The notes: a model not told the origin generated them from the letters alone. DNA of 63,880 bases, filler included, from an uncultured bacterium (GCA_964543115.1; 7 parts of 7 records of this genome joined end to end with filler, not necessarily neighbours in it), one strand, 5' to 3'. Counted from the whole stretch's first letter, positions 50,380-60,152 are shown. Program-made: numbers and translations.

Positions 50380-51305
50380 CTGGTTAGCTCCTGCATGGCC
50401 AGGCGAATGGTTTCTGCTGAGGTGTGTTTGGTCTGCCAGCCTAAGGTGTTGATCTTTTGCGGGGATAATTTCATATAGGGGACATCACCGGGCCAGCCGC
50501 GTTTAGTGCCGGTATAATTAAACTTAACGTTTTTAAGGCCCAGGGATTCGATAACGATCCGGGCAATTTGGGAGACCTTCATATTGTCATTGCCAGCCAG
50601 GTTAAAAACATTTGCGGTCTCGTTGCTGTTAGCAACAACGAAGAGCATTGCCGAAACGCAATCGTCAATAAACAGGTATGATTTAATCTGGTTGCCGTCA
50701 CCGAGGATTTCCAGTTCTTGCGGATTTTTATCCAGTTTATGCATAAAGTCGTAGAGGATGCCGTGGGTGGCCCGCCCGCCGACGATATTGGCAAACCTGA
50801 ATATCCAGCATTGCAGGCCAAAGGTATGACAAAAGCCGGTAATCAGTCCTTCACAGGCGAGTTTACTGGCGCCGTAAAGAGATATCGGGAGTAAGGGACC
50901 GTAATCTTCCGCTGTGGGTAGTATGGTTGGTTCTCCATAGACAACGGAACTGGAGGAAAAGGCGATTTTTTTAATTCCATTTATGCGCATTGCCTCCAGT
51001 ACATTATAGGTGACAATTGTTCCCTGCTGTAAGTCCGTATCGGTATTGGCAATGCCGTAGCGGATATCGGGATTAGCGGCAAGGTGATAGACGAATTCAT
51101 GCCCCTGCAAGGCAGTAGTTAACTTGTCCAGGTCCAGGAGGTCGGCCTCAATCAACTTAAAATTTGGTTTCTGAAGGTGGTCCTTAATAAATTCCTGGGA
51201 ACCGGAGGTGAGATTATCATAAACGGTAATCTCGTTTTCTTCTATCAGCTTGTCAACCAGATGGCTGCCGATAAACCCCGCCCCTCCTGTAATGAAAAAT
51301 TTCAT
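50367..51305 (-). CDS. NAD-dependent epimerase/dehydratase (extended SDR)
   Basis: TGGAGFIG, SSSVVYG and YGASK motifs. Confidence 0.93.
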   Translation of the reverse strand: MKFFITGGAGFIGSHLVDKLIEENEITVYDNLTSGSQEFIKDHLQKPNFKLIEADLLDLDKLTTALQGHEFVYHLAANPDIRYGIANTDTDLQQGTIVTYNVLEAMRINGIKKIAFSSSSVVYGEPTILPTAEDYGPLLPISLYGASKLACEGLITGFCHTFGLQCWIFRFANIVGGRATHGILYDFMHKLDKNPQELEILGDGNQIKSYLFIDDCVSAMLFVVANSNETANVFNLAGNDNMKVSQIARIVIESLGLKNVKFNYTGTKRGWPGDVPYMKLSPQKINTLGWQTKHTSAETIRLAMQELTRCKR

Positions 51306-51357
51306 AATAGAATTTCTCCTGAATAAAAATTATATTTTCTTAAATCTTTTCTATTCG

Positions 51358-52332
51358 TTATTTGTGGATATCCGAAAATTTAATGCCTTCTTTCCAGAGG
51401 AAGAATAAGCCAAGAATGATTATGGGAATGGACATCATCGCGTGTAGAATAATTGAATAGCCAAAAGCGGTTTCTTCACTGACTCCGAAAAAGGCCAGGC
51501 CCATAATACAAAAAACTTCAAAAGTGCCGACATAACCGGGTGAGGAAGGGATCATTACTCCTACGTTAATCAGGATAAGGACCAGGGCAATTCCGTAAAT
51601 GGGTACCTGGATGTGAAAGGCCTTGGAAAGGATGTAATAGGCTAGTATTTCAATGGCCCAGACCCCGATAGAGGTGAGGGTGACCATTATCAAGTGTTTC
51701 TTTTGCCGCAGTACTTTAAAGCCGTCGATAAAAAGATCCAGTACATGAATGATTTTATGCATATATTTTTCCGGGAGAAAAAACAATACGGTGCGCAATA
51801 ATTTAAGGCTGGTTTCCTTTTTGTAGGTGAGCAGGACAATAAAGATCAGCATGGAAACGAAAATCAGGGCGCCGAGGAAATTAATCCGCTTAAAAAGCGG
51901 AGAAGAGGTGAGGGGGAAAACAAGTAAGATTACACTCAGGAAAAGGAGCAGGGTTAGTCCGTCCCAGAGGCGTTCAAGAAAAATTGTGCCCAGAGCAAGG
52001 CTTTTGCTGATTTTTTCCTTGATACCCAAACAGAACCCCCGGGCCACTTCTCCTAATCTGGCCGGCAGTATTTGATTGGCCATAAATCCCATCATCAGCA
52101 CGGAAAAGAGGCTGCGGATGGAAACGATTTTTTTATGTTCGAGCAGGTACCTCCAGCGCCAGGCGCGGACGATAAAACTGGAGATGTAAACCAGAAAGGC
52201 GGGCAGGAGATAGATGTAGTTCGCGTCAGCAAAGGTGTTTTTGGCCTTAGAGAAATCCAGGCTTTTGCAGATGTAAAGTATACAGCCCAGACTGATCAGT
52301 AGGCCCAGACCGATAACAATTCTTTTTTTCAT
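51358..52332 (-). CDS. Lysylphosphatidylglycerol synthase TM / flippase-like (UPF0104) membrane protein
   Basis: RAWRW, NQILPARLGE and PSSPGYVGTFE motifs. Confidence 0.88.
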   Translation of the reverse strand: MKKRIVIGLGLLISLGCILYICKSLDFSKAKNTFADANYIYLLPAFLVYISSFIVRAWRWRYLLEHKKIVSIRSLFSVLMMGFMANQILPARLGEVARGFCLGIKEKISKSLALGTIFLERLWDGLTLLLFLSVILLVFPLTSSPLFKRINFLGALIFVSMLIFIVLLTYKKETSLKLLRTVLFFLPEKYMHKIIHVLDLFIDGFKVLRQKKHLIMVTLTSIGVWAIEILAYYILSKAFHIQVPIYGIALVLILINVGVMIPSSPGYVGTFEVFCIMGLAFFGVSEETAFGYSIILHAMMSIPIIILGLFFLWKEGIKFSDIHK

Positions 52333-52334
52333 AT

Positions 52335-53021
52335 TTATGTTCTCCCTTTAGCAAACCCCAAACGCAGCTGGAAGATGAAAAGAATATTTTCCCAGCCGGT
52401 CTTCATGGCGGGCATTTTAGTGTCTCCCAGGCGGGGGCGATAATTAATGTAGTATTCGGCGAATTTCAAGCCTGGATGACGAACGACTGAAAGTTTAATT
52501 TCTTCAGAAAAATTCCAATTGTCACTGACTAATTCCAGTGTGGGGATAATGGATTTTTTCAACAACCACATGCCGGAAAGAAGATCACTGATCTTCCTGG
52601 CAAAGAGCAGTGATCCCAGCCAGGAGATGCCCTTGTTGCCGATGGTATTAAAGATCTTCATTGTTCCCTTTTCCCGGAGCGGGAAACGGGAGCCGGAAAC
52701 AAAATCCAATTTGTTATTGAATAGAAAATCTATCATGGGAGCGATAGCGGCAACCGGATAAGTCCGGTCACCGTCCACGGTGGTGATAAGTTCCGATTTT
52801 GCCTGTTCCAGGCCGGTTTTGTAGGCGCGGCCGTAACCCCGCCTTGGTTCGCGGACAACACGGGCCCCGAGGCCGGCGGCGATTTCTGGTGTCTTATCAG
52901 AAGAAGAATCCACCACCAGGATCTCATCAACGAAATCCGGGATTTCCTTGATTACTTCTCCAATGGCATTCTCTTCGTTGTAAGTGGGGATGATTACTGT
53001 GATCGTCTTGTTTTTATACAT
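52335..53021 (-). CDS. GT2 glycosyltransferase (polyprenol-phosphate sugar synthase-like)
   Basis: IPTYNEE, GYG.A, DGDRTYP and D.LSGM motifs. ATG at 53021. Confidence 0.9.
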   Translation of the reverse strand: MYKNKTITVIIPTYNEENAIGEVIKEIPDFVDEILVVDSSSDKTPEIAAGLGARVVREPRRGYGRAYKTGLEQAKSELITTVDGDRTYPVAAIAPMIDFLFNNKLDFVSGSRFPLREKGTMKIFNTIGNKGISWLGSLLFARKISDLLSGMWLLKKSIIPTLELVSDNWNFSEEIKLSVVRHPGLKFAEYYINYRPRLGDTKMPAMKTGWENILFIFQLRLGFAKGRT

Positions 53022-53026
53022 GCTAT

Positions 53027-54454
53027 TTACTCGATCATCCGGTAATTCTCGAAAATAGCCAGACTGTTTTGCCATTCTTCGGCCTTTGCTTTGCCGGAGA
53101 GAATGTGCTGTGCCGCTAACAGGCCCATTTCCAGAGAATGGTGAAGGTTGTTATATTTAAAAAGCCCTGGCCGGCCGTTGGTTATCAAATTCTCAATTCC
53201 CTCAACGTAGTTGAGTACGGTACTTAGCCGTTCCTCAAAATCAATGTCATATAAGGGATAGGTATATTTTAAGCGGCGGGAAAAGTATCTGGTGACATCT
53301 TCCCGTTTTAATAGATTAATTTTCTCTAAATCAGGAATTATCCTGTTAAAGATAAAGGCATCATCCTTTTCCCAGACGCCATCACCTTCCCGGGCAGTAA
53401 TTTCAACGCAAAGCGCAGTTTTTCCGGCCGGCACTGTCTGAGGAGAAAAATTCTTTTGTTCTCCAATCCGGCCAAAAATGAAATCTTCTTCCGGGAAAAA
53501 TATTGCTATATTATCGCTTATCTTGTCCTTATTGACAACCAGAAACAACAGGATAATTGATTGAAATTCAAGTTTTTCTGCCGCCCGGCGCACTTTCTCT
53601 TCCGGGGCCGGGGTGATTAAAGAGATTAGTTCCGGCAGGGGGATGGTGCTCATGAGAAAATCAGTCTTTGTTTGAGCACCGTTAATTTCAATCGCTTTAA
53701 CCCTGTTTCCTTCCAGTTGAATCGATTGCGGCCGGGTGTTAAGCATTATCTGGCCATTGCTGGACTTAATTTTCTCCGCCATTGTGTCGCAGATTTGTCC
53801 GATTCCTTTTTGGGGATAATAAAAATATCCTTCCGGATACAAAGGATTAATAATAACATTTTTCTTTTTTAATCTTAATATTTCGCGAAGTAGATCAACA
53901 ATGATTTCAGCCAAACTGGGTAAGGATATTCTCTGACGGGCAATGGTGGCGGAGATTTGTGTTGGTTCCAGCCCCCAGGTTTTACGGGCGATAGGTTGAA
54001 AAACAAGATTATAAATTGCCCGGCCAAATCTTCTCGTGACCCAGTCTTCATAAGATTTTTCCGGCCGAGGGTTGATTAATTGGCGAAGTACAATCAGCAG
54101 ATAGCTGGTAAAAAACTTCACCGGGGCCAGGGGTGAAAGGCTGGCAGCAAGATCCATGGCCCGCAGAGGGTAATTGAAATATTTCCCCCGCAGGTAAATC
54201 TCAATATGCTGTGCCATTAGTTTAAGGTCGTCTCCACAGAGCTTCTGGACAAGGGAGAGCACTTCCTTTGTATGCGGGGTGAAGCGGTGGGGGCCCAGAT
54301 CAAGAGACATGTCCTGGTAGTTAAAAGTAGCGGAAACTCCGCCAACCAACTCTTCCTTTTCGATAACCTGAACGGGAATATTGTTTTCTGTCAACCGCCA
54401 GGCGCAGCTTAAACCTGTTGGTCCAGCTCCGAGTATGATGACATTCTTCCCCAT
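53027..54454 (-). CDS. FAD-dependent oxidoreductase (protoporphyrinogen oxidase / UDP-galactopyranose mutase-like fold)
   Basis: GAGPTG, DLGPHRF and GRPGLFKYNN.HHS motifs, inside a glycosylation cluster. Confidence 0.82.
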   Translation of the reverse strand: MGKNVIILGAGPTGLSCAWRLTENNIPVQVIEKEELVGGVSATFNYQDMSLDLGPHRFTPHTKEVLSLVQKLCGDDLKLMAQHIEIYLRGKYFNYPLRAMDLAASLSPLAPVKFFTSYLLIVLRQLINPRPEKSYEDWVTRRFGRAIYNLVFQPIARKTWGLEPTQISATIARQRISLPSLAEIIVDLLREILRLKKKNVIINPLYPEGYFYYPQKGIGQICDTMAEKIKSSNGQIMLNTRPQSIQLEGNRVKAIEINGAQTKTDFLMSTIPLPELISLITPAPEEKVRRAAEKLEFQSIILLFLVVNKDKISDNIAIFFPEEDFIFGRIGEQKNFSPQTVPAGKTALCVEITAREGDGVWEKDDAFIFNRIIPDLEKINLLKREDVTRYFSRRLKYTYPLYDIDFEERLSTVLNYVEGIENLITNGRPGLFKYNNLHHSLEMGLLAAQHILSGKAKAEEWQNSLAIFENYRMIE

Positions 54455-54572
54455 CTTAAGTCCTTCTTATACAGTAAGTAACCTTTTTGCCGTTAAAGTT
54501 ATTCGTAAACCGTATTTTTTATCAGAAATACACTCTTTTGGCAAGTAGTAAAATTATTAATTATCCTTTCCA

Positions 54573-54600
54573 CTATGGCAGTCCCGAACGTAGTGAGGGG
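54573..54600. repeat. Family B cassette variant
   Basis: CTATGGCAGTCCC-GAACGTAGTGA-GGGG versus CTATAGCAGTCCC-AAGCGAAGCTT-GGGG at 9253. Confidence 0.5.
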
Positions 54601-54815
54601 TTCCATGTCCGTTTCCTCCTAAAAATGTGATTAAAGGTCAATATCCTATTGTGTCTAGCAAACAGAAAAACTGTCTTTTCAATAGTATTACATATTGAGC
54701 ACCAAGTGCTTATCTGCAAATTGTCCATTTGGCATGATTCTTGCCCATAAAAAGCTTTTACTATGTATATATCACTACACTACTAAATAATTTTTTATCA
54801 AACGGAGGGACGAGT

Positions 54816-56796
54816 ATGAATAAAACTTTTATTTCTCTTACAATATCATTAACCGTCTTAATGGCATTATTTTTATTACCCGGAGAAGCGCTGGCCGATA
54901 CGGCGATAACGCTAGATCCGATAGGCAATAAAACAGTGAGTGTGGGACAGAATTTAGAGTTTTTTGTTACTGCCTCCGCTAATAATACCCTGGCGCTAGC
55001 ATTAACTGCAGATAATTTGCCTTCCGGGGCAAGTTTTACACATGAACTAACCGGTGATTATAATGCCGCAGGTTTTTTTGCCTGGACGCCAACACAAGCC
55101 GGTACTTATACAGGGATAGAATTCAGAGCAAATGCCGCCGGCGGATCTGGAGAAGCAGATAACGAAATAATAACCATAACTGTTATTGATCCTGCAGATG
55201 ATATCGATCCCGGGAATACGGCAACGTTAAATCCGATAGGAAATAAAACGATAAATGTGGGAGAGAAGTTAGAGTTTATAGTCGTTGGATCAGCTAATTA
55301 TTTTACTGATAATACGGTAGGATTATATGCCGATAATCTGCCTGCCGGGGCAATTTATGAAGAAAAACTCTACACTGACTATAATTCAGCACGTATTTTA
55401 GAGTGGACCCCAACACAGGCAGGTGTATATACAGAAATAGAATTCCGGGCAGTTGAAATGTGCGCAGGTGGAACATCAGCGAGCGAAACTATAACCATAA
55501 CCGTTGTTGATCCTCTCGCCAATAATGATCCAATTGCCGTTGATGATACTTTTACTATACTTGAAGATAGTGTTACTTATTTATATGTACTTGGTAATGA
55601 CTCTGATCCTGATGGGGATACATTTGAGATATCAGGCTTTACTCCTCCTGCTCATGGCACTGTTGAGCTTACACCTGACAATACTATTATAATCTATACT
55701 CCTTTTCTTGATTATTATAGTGAGCCTGGTTCACCTGATTCCTTTACCTACTCAATAAGTGATGGTAAGGGAGGTAGTGCAACAGGAACAGTTACGGTGA
55801 CAGTAGGGCCGGTAAATGATGATCCAGTAGCCGCTCCTGATGCAGCAACAACTAATGAAGGTGAAGCAGTGACAATAGATGTCGTATTGAATGATACAGA
55901 TGTAGATGGAGATAGTATCACGTTGGATTCAGCAACGGCTGGAGCTAAAGGAACCACAGCTGTGGTTGCCGGCAAGGTAGTCTATAGTCCAACTGGTGAT
56001 GCAAATGGGACGGATACTTTTACGTATTCCATAAGTGACGGAAATGGCGGAGTTGATACAGCCACCGTAATAGTTGATGTAGGCGAAGTAAATGATGCAC
56101 CCGTAGCGGTAGATGATGGAGCAACCACTCCAGAAGAGACGGCAGTTACTATAGATGTCTTACTCAACGATAGTGATGTAGACGGAGATAGTTTAACTGT
56201 AATCGGAGTTACACAGCCTGCAAATGGAACAGTGAATTATACAGCAGAAGATGTGACCTATACACCAGATCCAGGCTTTAGTGATGCTGAGATCTTTACG
56301 TATACAGTAAGTGATGGTAATGGCGGTCAAGATATTGCCACTGTCACAGTTGTAGTAACTGCCGCCGCCACGAATAATGATCCCATTGCCAATGATGACT
56401 TTCGTAATTGTCTTGCCGGTCAAGGTTTGTATATATATGTACTAAACAATGATCTTGATCCAGATGGCGATGTATTGGAAGTATCAGGGATTACTGTTCA
56501 ACCTGCACATGGTACTGCTGAAGTTGTCGCGGGTAATATCAAGGTATTATACAACCCCGCTCCTGGTTATAGCGATCCTGATTCACCAGATTCATTCACA
56601 TATTCTATCTCGGATGGAAATGGCGGTACAAGTACGGCTGTTGTCTATGTTACCGTTAGCCCGATAAATAATTCTCCGGTAGCAGTAGATGATACAGCCA
56701 CTACAGACGAAGGTATCGCCGTAGAGGTAGATGTGCTGGCGAATGATACGGATGCAGACGGCGATAGTTTATCAATAGTATCAGTAACCAATGGCG
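54816..56796 (+). CDS. Surface adhesin with two putative Ig domains and cadherin-like/Big_9 tandem repeats, 3' truncated
   Basis: Signal peptide, two PIGNKT...NLP.GA...WTP repeats, and at least five ND.PVA.DD...ND.D.DGD...FTY.ISDG repeats. Confidence 0.9.
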
Positions 56797-56896
56797 NNNN
56801 NNNNNNNNNNNNNNNNNNNNNNNNNNNNNNNNNNNNNNNNTTAATTAATTAANNNNNNNNNNNNNNNNNNNNNNNNNNNNNNNNNNNNNNNNNNNN
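56797..56896. other. Artificial contig linker
   Basis: N44-TTAATTAATTAA-N44. Confidence 0.98.
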
Positions 56897-58423
56897 GGGA
56901 TTCACGCTGTGGGGGATACACTGCATTTCTATTTTAAATCTCCTGAAGATATGGATACTATTGCTGCCCTTAAGCTGTTTGAACAGAATTTGGGCTGGAA
57001 TTTTATGAAAGCGACAATAGATGAGATGTCTTCTCGGGCCCCTTATTTATTATTGGACAGCGATGATTTTACTGAAATAAATATTGTTCTTCCGAAAAGT
57101 ATGGCGGGGATGGGAGATTTTGTTTTTGTTGTAAACGCGAGCCAGGTCTTAAAAGGAACTTTTCCCAAAAAGAAGGTGCGGGTTGTTTTTAATAGAGACA
57201 GGGATTTCCAGATTGTCTGTCAGACGGGGATTGTTAAAGGTATCCAGCATCATTTAGCATGCCAGGAAGTAAATGGAGTGGAGTATGTTAATACTGCAAA
57301 GCTTAAGGAGGAAATTGTTCCTGCCGAACGTTCTGTTTCTATTGTCTATGCGCTGGGCGGTACAATGAAGGAGGTATTTAGAGTATACGACGATTGGAAG
57401 CTGATAAAGATTATGGAGTTAGGATTTGAGGGCGATATCCTCCGACCGCGAGAACATTTATATGGCTATCTCGGATTTGATGCGGATCAAATTGGCCTGG
57501 CGCCTGTTTCCCCGGATGTAATGGGTATCTATCACCGAAAATACCCAAGAAGCAATAAGCGGATACGTAATGAACGGAGACGTATTATTAAGAAAATCCC
57601 AGGTTGGGCCCTATTGGATGAAATCCTCGCTCAACGGAATCTTGAGCGGACGGTGGCTTCTGAGTGGGGTTTTATTTACGCCCATGAAGAGCAGACGGTA
57701 AAGAAATACTTTGAGATTTTTGAGACGGCCAGAGAGGAAGCGGCAAAGAAAGTTTCAGAAGATCAAAGTCTTGCCGAATTCATAGCTGCGGATAAAACTT
57801 TCTTTGTTATGTGCTCTAGAAGAGATAGCGGGGTGCAGGATGAAATTAGAAGACTAGCCAGGCGGAACGGCTATAACCTTTTCATCTATAGTGACAAAAA
57901 AGATATAATTCAGCCAGATTACGTTTCCGGCGCCAGTAATATAACAATAATTATGGACTTTTCCGTGCCCCGCAAATTGTTTAGCGAGTTATTTCTCTAC
58001 AGCGATGATTTACCCACAGTAGTAACTGGACAGGATAACCTGTCAAATATAATATATTTAAATCTGCTCTCCAGCGGCCGGCCCTTTTATTGGGAGAAAT
58101 TGATTTTTCAAGGAATGGCCGGGGTAAGATTTAAAAAGTTAATCGCTGATAAACTCGGCAAAGATTTCGCCGAAACATTAAGCAAGTTATGGCCGGTCTA
58201 TAATGAAGATATGTCAGTTTCGGCTGAAATGTTCTTTGCGCCAAGAAAATGGCGGGAATTTTTCCGGAAGATTGCTGTCACAGTAGAGGGTGAGAGTAAC
58301 TCGTTTATTTCTCAGGTATATTATCTGATGCTGCGATGCCTTGCCAGGCAGGGGGTTAAGAAAAGGATTTGTGATGCTGCTGTAAGGGAAATTACGGATA
58401 ATGATGTATTATTGTCACTATAG
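56897..58423 (+). CDS. C-terminal fragment of a large protein, possibly EarP-like GT-B glycosyltransferase domain
   Basis: Frame open to the contig start. VPRKLFSELFLYSDDLPTVVTGQDN...GRPFYWE resembles the EarP C-terminal motif. Confidence 0.5.
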   Translation, partial: GIHAVGDTLHFYFKSPEDMDTIAALKLFEQNLGWNFMKATIDEMSSRAPYLLLDSDDFTEINIVLPKSMAGMGDFVFVVNASQVLKGTFPKKKVRVVFNRDRDFQIVCQTGIVKGIQHHLACQEVNGVEYVNTAKLKEEIVPAERSVSIVYALGGTMKEVFRVYDDWKLIKIMELGFEGDILRPREHLYGYLGFDADQIGLAPVSPDVMGIYHRKYPRSNKRIRNERRRIIKKIPGWALLDEILAQRNLERTVASEWGFIYAHEEQTVKKYFEIFETAREEAAKKVSEDQSLAEFIAADKTFFVMCSRRDSGVQDEIRRLARRNGYNLFIYSDKKDIIQPDYVSGASNITIIMDFSVPRKLFSELFLYSDDLPTVVTGQDNLSNIIYLNLLSSGRPFYWEKLIFQGMAGVRFKKLIADKLGKDFAETLSKLWPVYNEDMSVSAEMFFAPRKWREFFRKIAVTVEGESNSFISQVYYLMLRCLARQGVKKRICDAAVREITDNDVLLSL

Positions 58424-58437
58424 AAAGTGCGGAGAAA

Positions 58438-58551
58438 ATGAAGATTTTAATAAAAATCATCATAGTTTCCGCGATATTATTCATTTCCCATATTTCCTCT
58501 AATAGCTCAGCTTGTTTTGGCCCCATTTATCAAAATGATAATCAAAGTTGA
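58438..58551 (+). CDS. 37-aa ORF consisting mostly of a signal peptide (gene remnant or peptide; not in ORF track)
   Basis: SD GGAG; MKILIKIIIVSAILFISHISSNSSACFGPIYQNDNQS. Confidence 0.35.
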   Translation: MKILIKIIIVSAILFISHISSNSSACFGPIYQNDNQS

Positions 58552-58636
58552 AAAGCGACAAATAAATTGATAAAATGAAATGCAATATTTGAGGCGTGAT
58601 TATTATACCGGAATTAACGCTGTTTAGGAATATTGT

Positions 58637-59362
58637 ATGAGAATGGACAGTCCCACCGGGAAGCAGATCCTCGCGTTAGTGCGAAATGGTGATTACGCGC
58701 ATGCGGGGGAAGAAGAAAGTATTAATCTTGTGTTTGCTGATGTTTCCAAGGATCCTGACCGGCTTATTCTTGATGTTGGCTGCGGGCGCGGTGGCACGGC
58801 AAATTATCTGCAGCAGGCGGGCTGGGGTGTTGTTTCGGGAGTTGATGTTGATGCGGAATCCATTGCGTATGCCCGCAAGACCTATCCGGAAGTGGATTTT
58901 AAGGTAGCCGATGCCTCATCTTTAACCGATACGTTGTCGAAACGGTTCGATCTTCTTTACATTTTTAATGCCTTTTATGCTTTTTCTGATCATTCCCGAG
59001 CGCTTTCACAAATGTATCAGGTTTGTAGTCAGGGCGGGCAGTTGATCGTGTCTGATTATGCGGTTAGTGCTGCAAAGCGGGAAAAATTTCTTTTTAAAGA
59101 CTGGAATCCCATAGATCCTGCCGGTGTGTCAGTGTTGTTTGCCGGCGCGGGCTGGCAGGTGAGTGAAGTAAAAGATCTTAGCGGTTATTACCGGAAGTGG
59201 TACAGCGAGTTAGTTGCTAAGATCGATAGCAAGGCTAAAGATATATGTGCGTTAGCGGATGAGGAATGGTTTAAGTATGTGAGGAATTATTATCGTACGC
59301 AGCTTAATACTATTGAGACCGGTGTCTTGGGAGGAGCGACTGTTTATGCGATTAGAAAATAA
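58637..59362 (+). CDS. Class I SAM-dependent methyltransferase
   Basis: LILDVGCGRGG, GVDVD and ADA motifs. Confidence 0.9.
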   Translation: MRMDSPTGKQILALVRNGDYAHAGEEESINLVFADVSKDPDRLILDVGCGRGGTANYLQQAGWGVVSGVDVDAESIAYARKTYPEVDFKVADASSLTDTLSKRFDLLYIFNAFYAFSDHSRALSQMYQVCSQGGQLIVSDYAVSAAKREKFLFKDWNPIDPAGVSVLFAGAGWQVSEVKDLSGYYRKWYSELVAKIDSKAKDICALADEEWFKYVRNYYRTQLNTIETGVLGGATVYAIRK

Positions 59363-59377
59363 CAGGAGGAGGCTAAA

Positions 59378-59809
59378 ATGGGTAGATGGATGGTGATTGT
59401 TCTGTTTGTATTGCTGGCTGTTCCCGCTTTTGCCGGGCAAGATGAGGGAGCTGTTGTCGCGGAGTTTGCGGCGTTTGACGAAAATGGCGATGGGGTGATT
59501 GTTGGTGAAGAATATGTAAATGGAGTAAAAGTGGCTACTTTTAAGAGAATAGACAAAGATGGTGATGAGGTTATTGAGTGGACGGAATGGGAGGCGGTGG
59601 ATAAGAGCCCCGAAGCAGCGGATAATTTTGCCAAAATGGACAAAAACAAGGACAAAACAATTCGGTTTACGGAATATTCATCTGCGGTAGATAAATATTC
59701 AAATGTACATGATACTTACGTGGCCTATGATGTAGACGGGAGCGGCACATTGACGGTTGGTGAATACGGTGAAAGGTCGCGAATGAGGCTTTTTTCCAGT
59801 GACTTATAA
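59378..59809 (+). CDS. Exported EF-hand calcium-binding protein
   Basis: Signal peptide plus four loops: DENGDGVIVGEE, DKDGDEVIEWTE, DKNKDKTIRFTE and DVDGSGTLTVGE. Confidence 0.88.
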   Translation: MGRWMVIVLFVLLAVPAFAGQDEGAVVAEFAAFDENGDGVIVGEEYVNGVKVATFKRIDKDGDEVIEWTEWEAVDKSPEAADNFAKMDKNKDKTIRFTEYSSAVDKYSNVHDTYVAYDVDGSGTLTVGEYGERSRMRLFSSDL

Positions 59810-59823
59810 TCTAGTTAATCTTT

Positions 59824-60013
59824 TAAGAGTTTTGCAAAATAGGTAATTTGTGCAGCATTGTCATCCCGCGGTTTAACCGCGGGATCCAGAAGTATTTGCA
59901 GTGTAATGTATTCTGGATTCCCCAAGCAGAGCTTGGGGCTGCTATAGTTGAATTTTATAGACTGCCGCGGTCAAGCCGCGGAATGACATTTTTTGCGTTT
60001 TGCAGAAGTCTTA
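59824..60013. mobile_element. MITE-like element, family A, carrying a 45-bp family-B insertion
   Basis: TIRs TAAGAGTTTTGCAAAA / TTTTGCAGAAGTCTTA; same core as 33907-34042 plus an insert at 59920-59964. Confidence 0.8.
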
Positions 60014-60041
60014 GTTGATCTTTTAACAAAGGAGGGTTGGT

Positions 60042-60152
60042 ATGAGTTGGGGATTATTCGGCCAGATTGTGTTGTTGATAGTGATTTTTGCCGTTGTTAG
60101 TTGTTTTGTTAAGTGTCTGCATGATTGTTGCTGCAAGAAATGTAAGCAGTAA
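60042..60152 (+). CDS. 36-aa single-TM protein with a Cys-rich tail (not in ORF track)
   Basis: SD AAAGGAGG; MSWGLFGQIVLLIVIFAVVSCFVKCLHDCCCKKCKQ. Confidence 0.7.
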   Translation: MSWGLFGQIVLLIVIFAVVSCFVKCLHDCCCKKCKQ

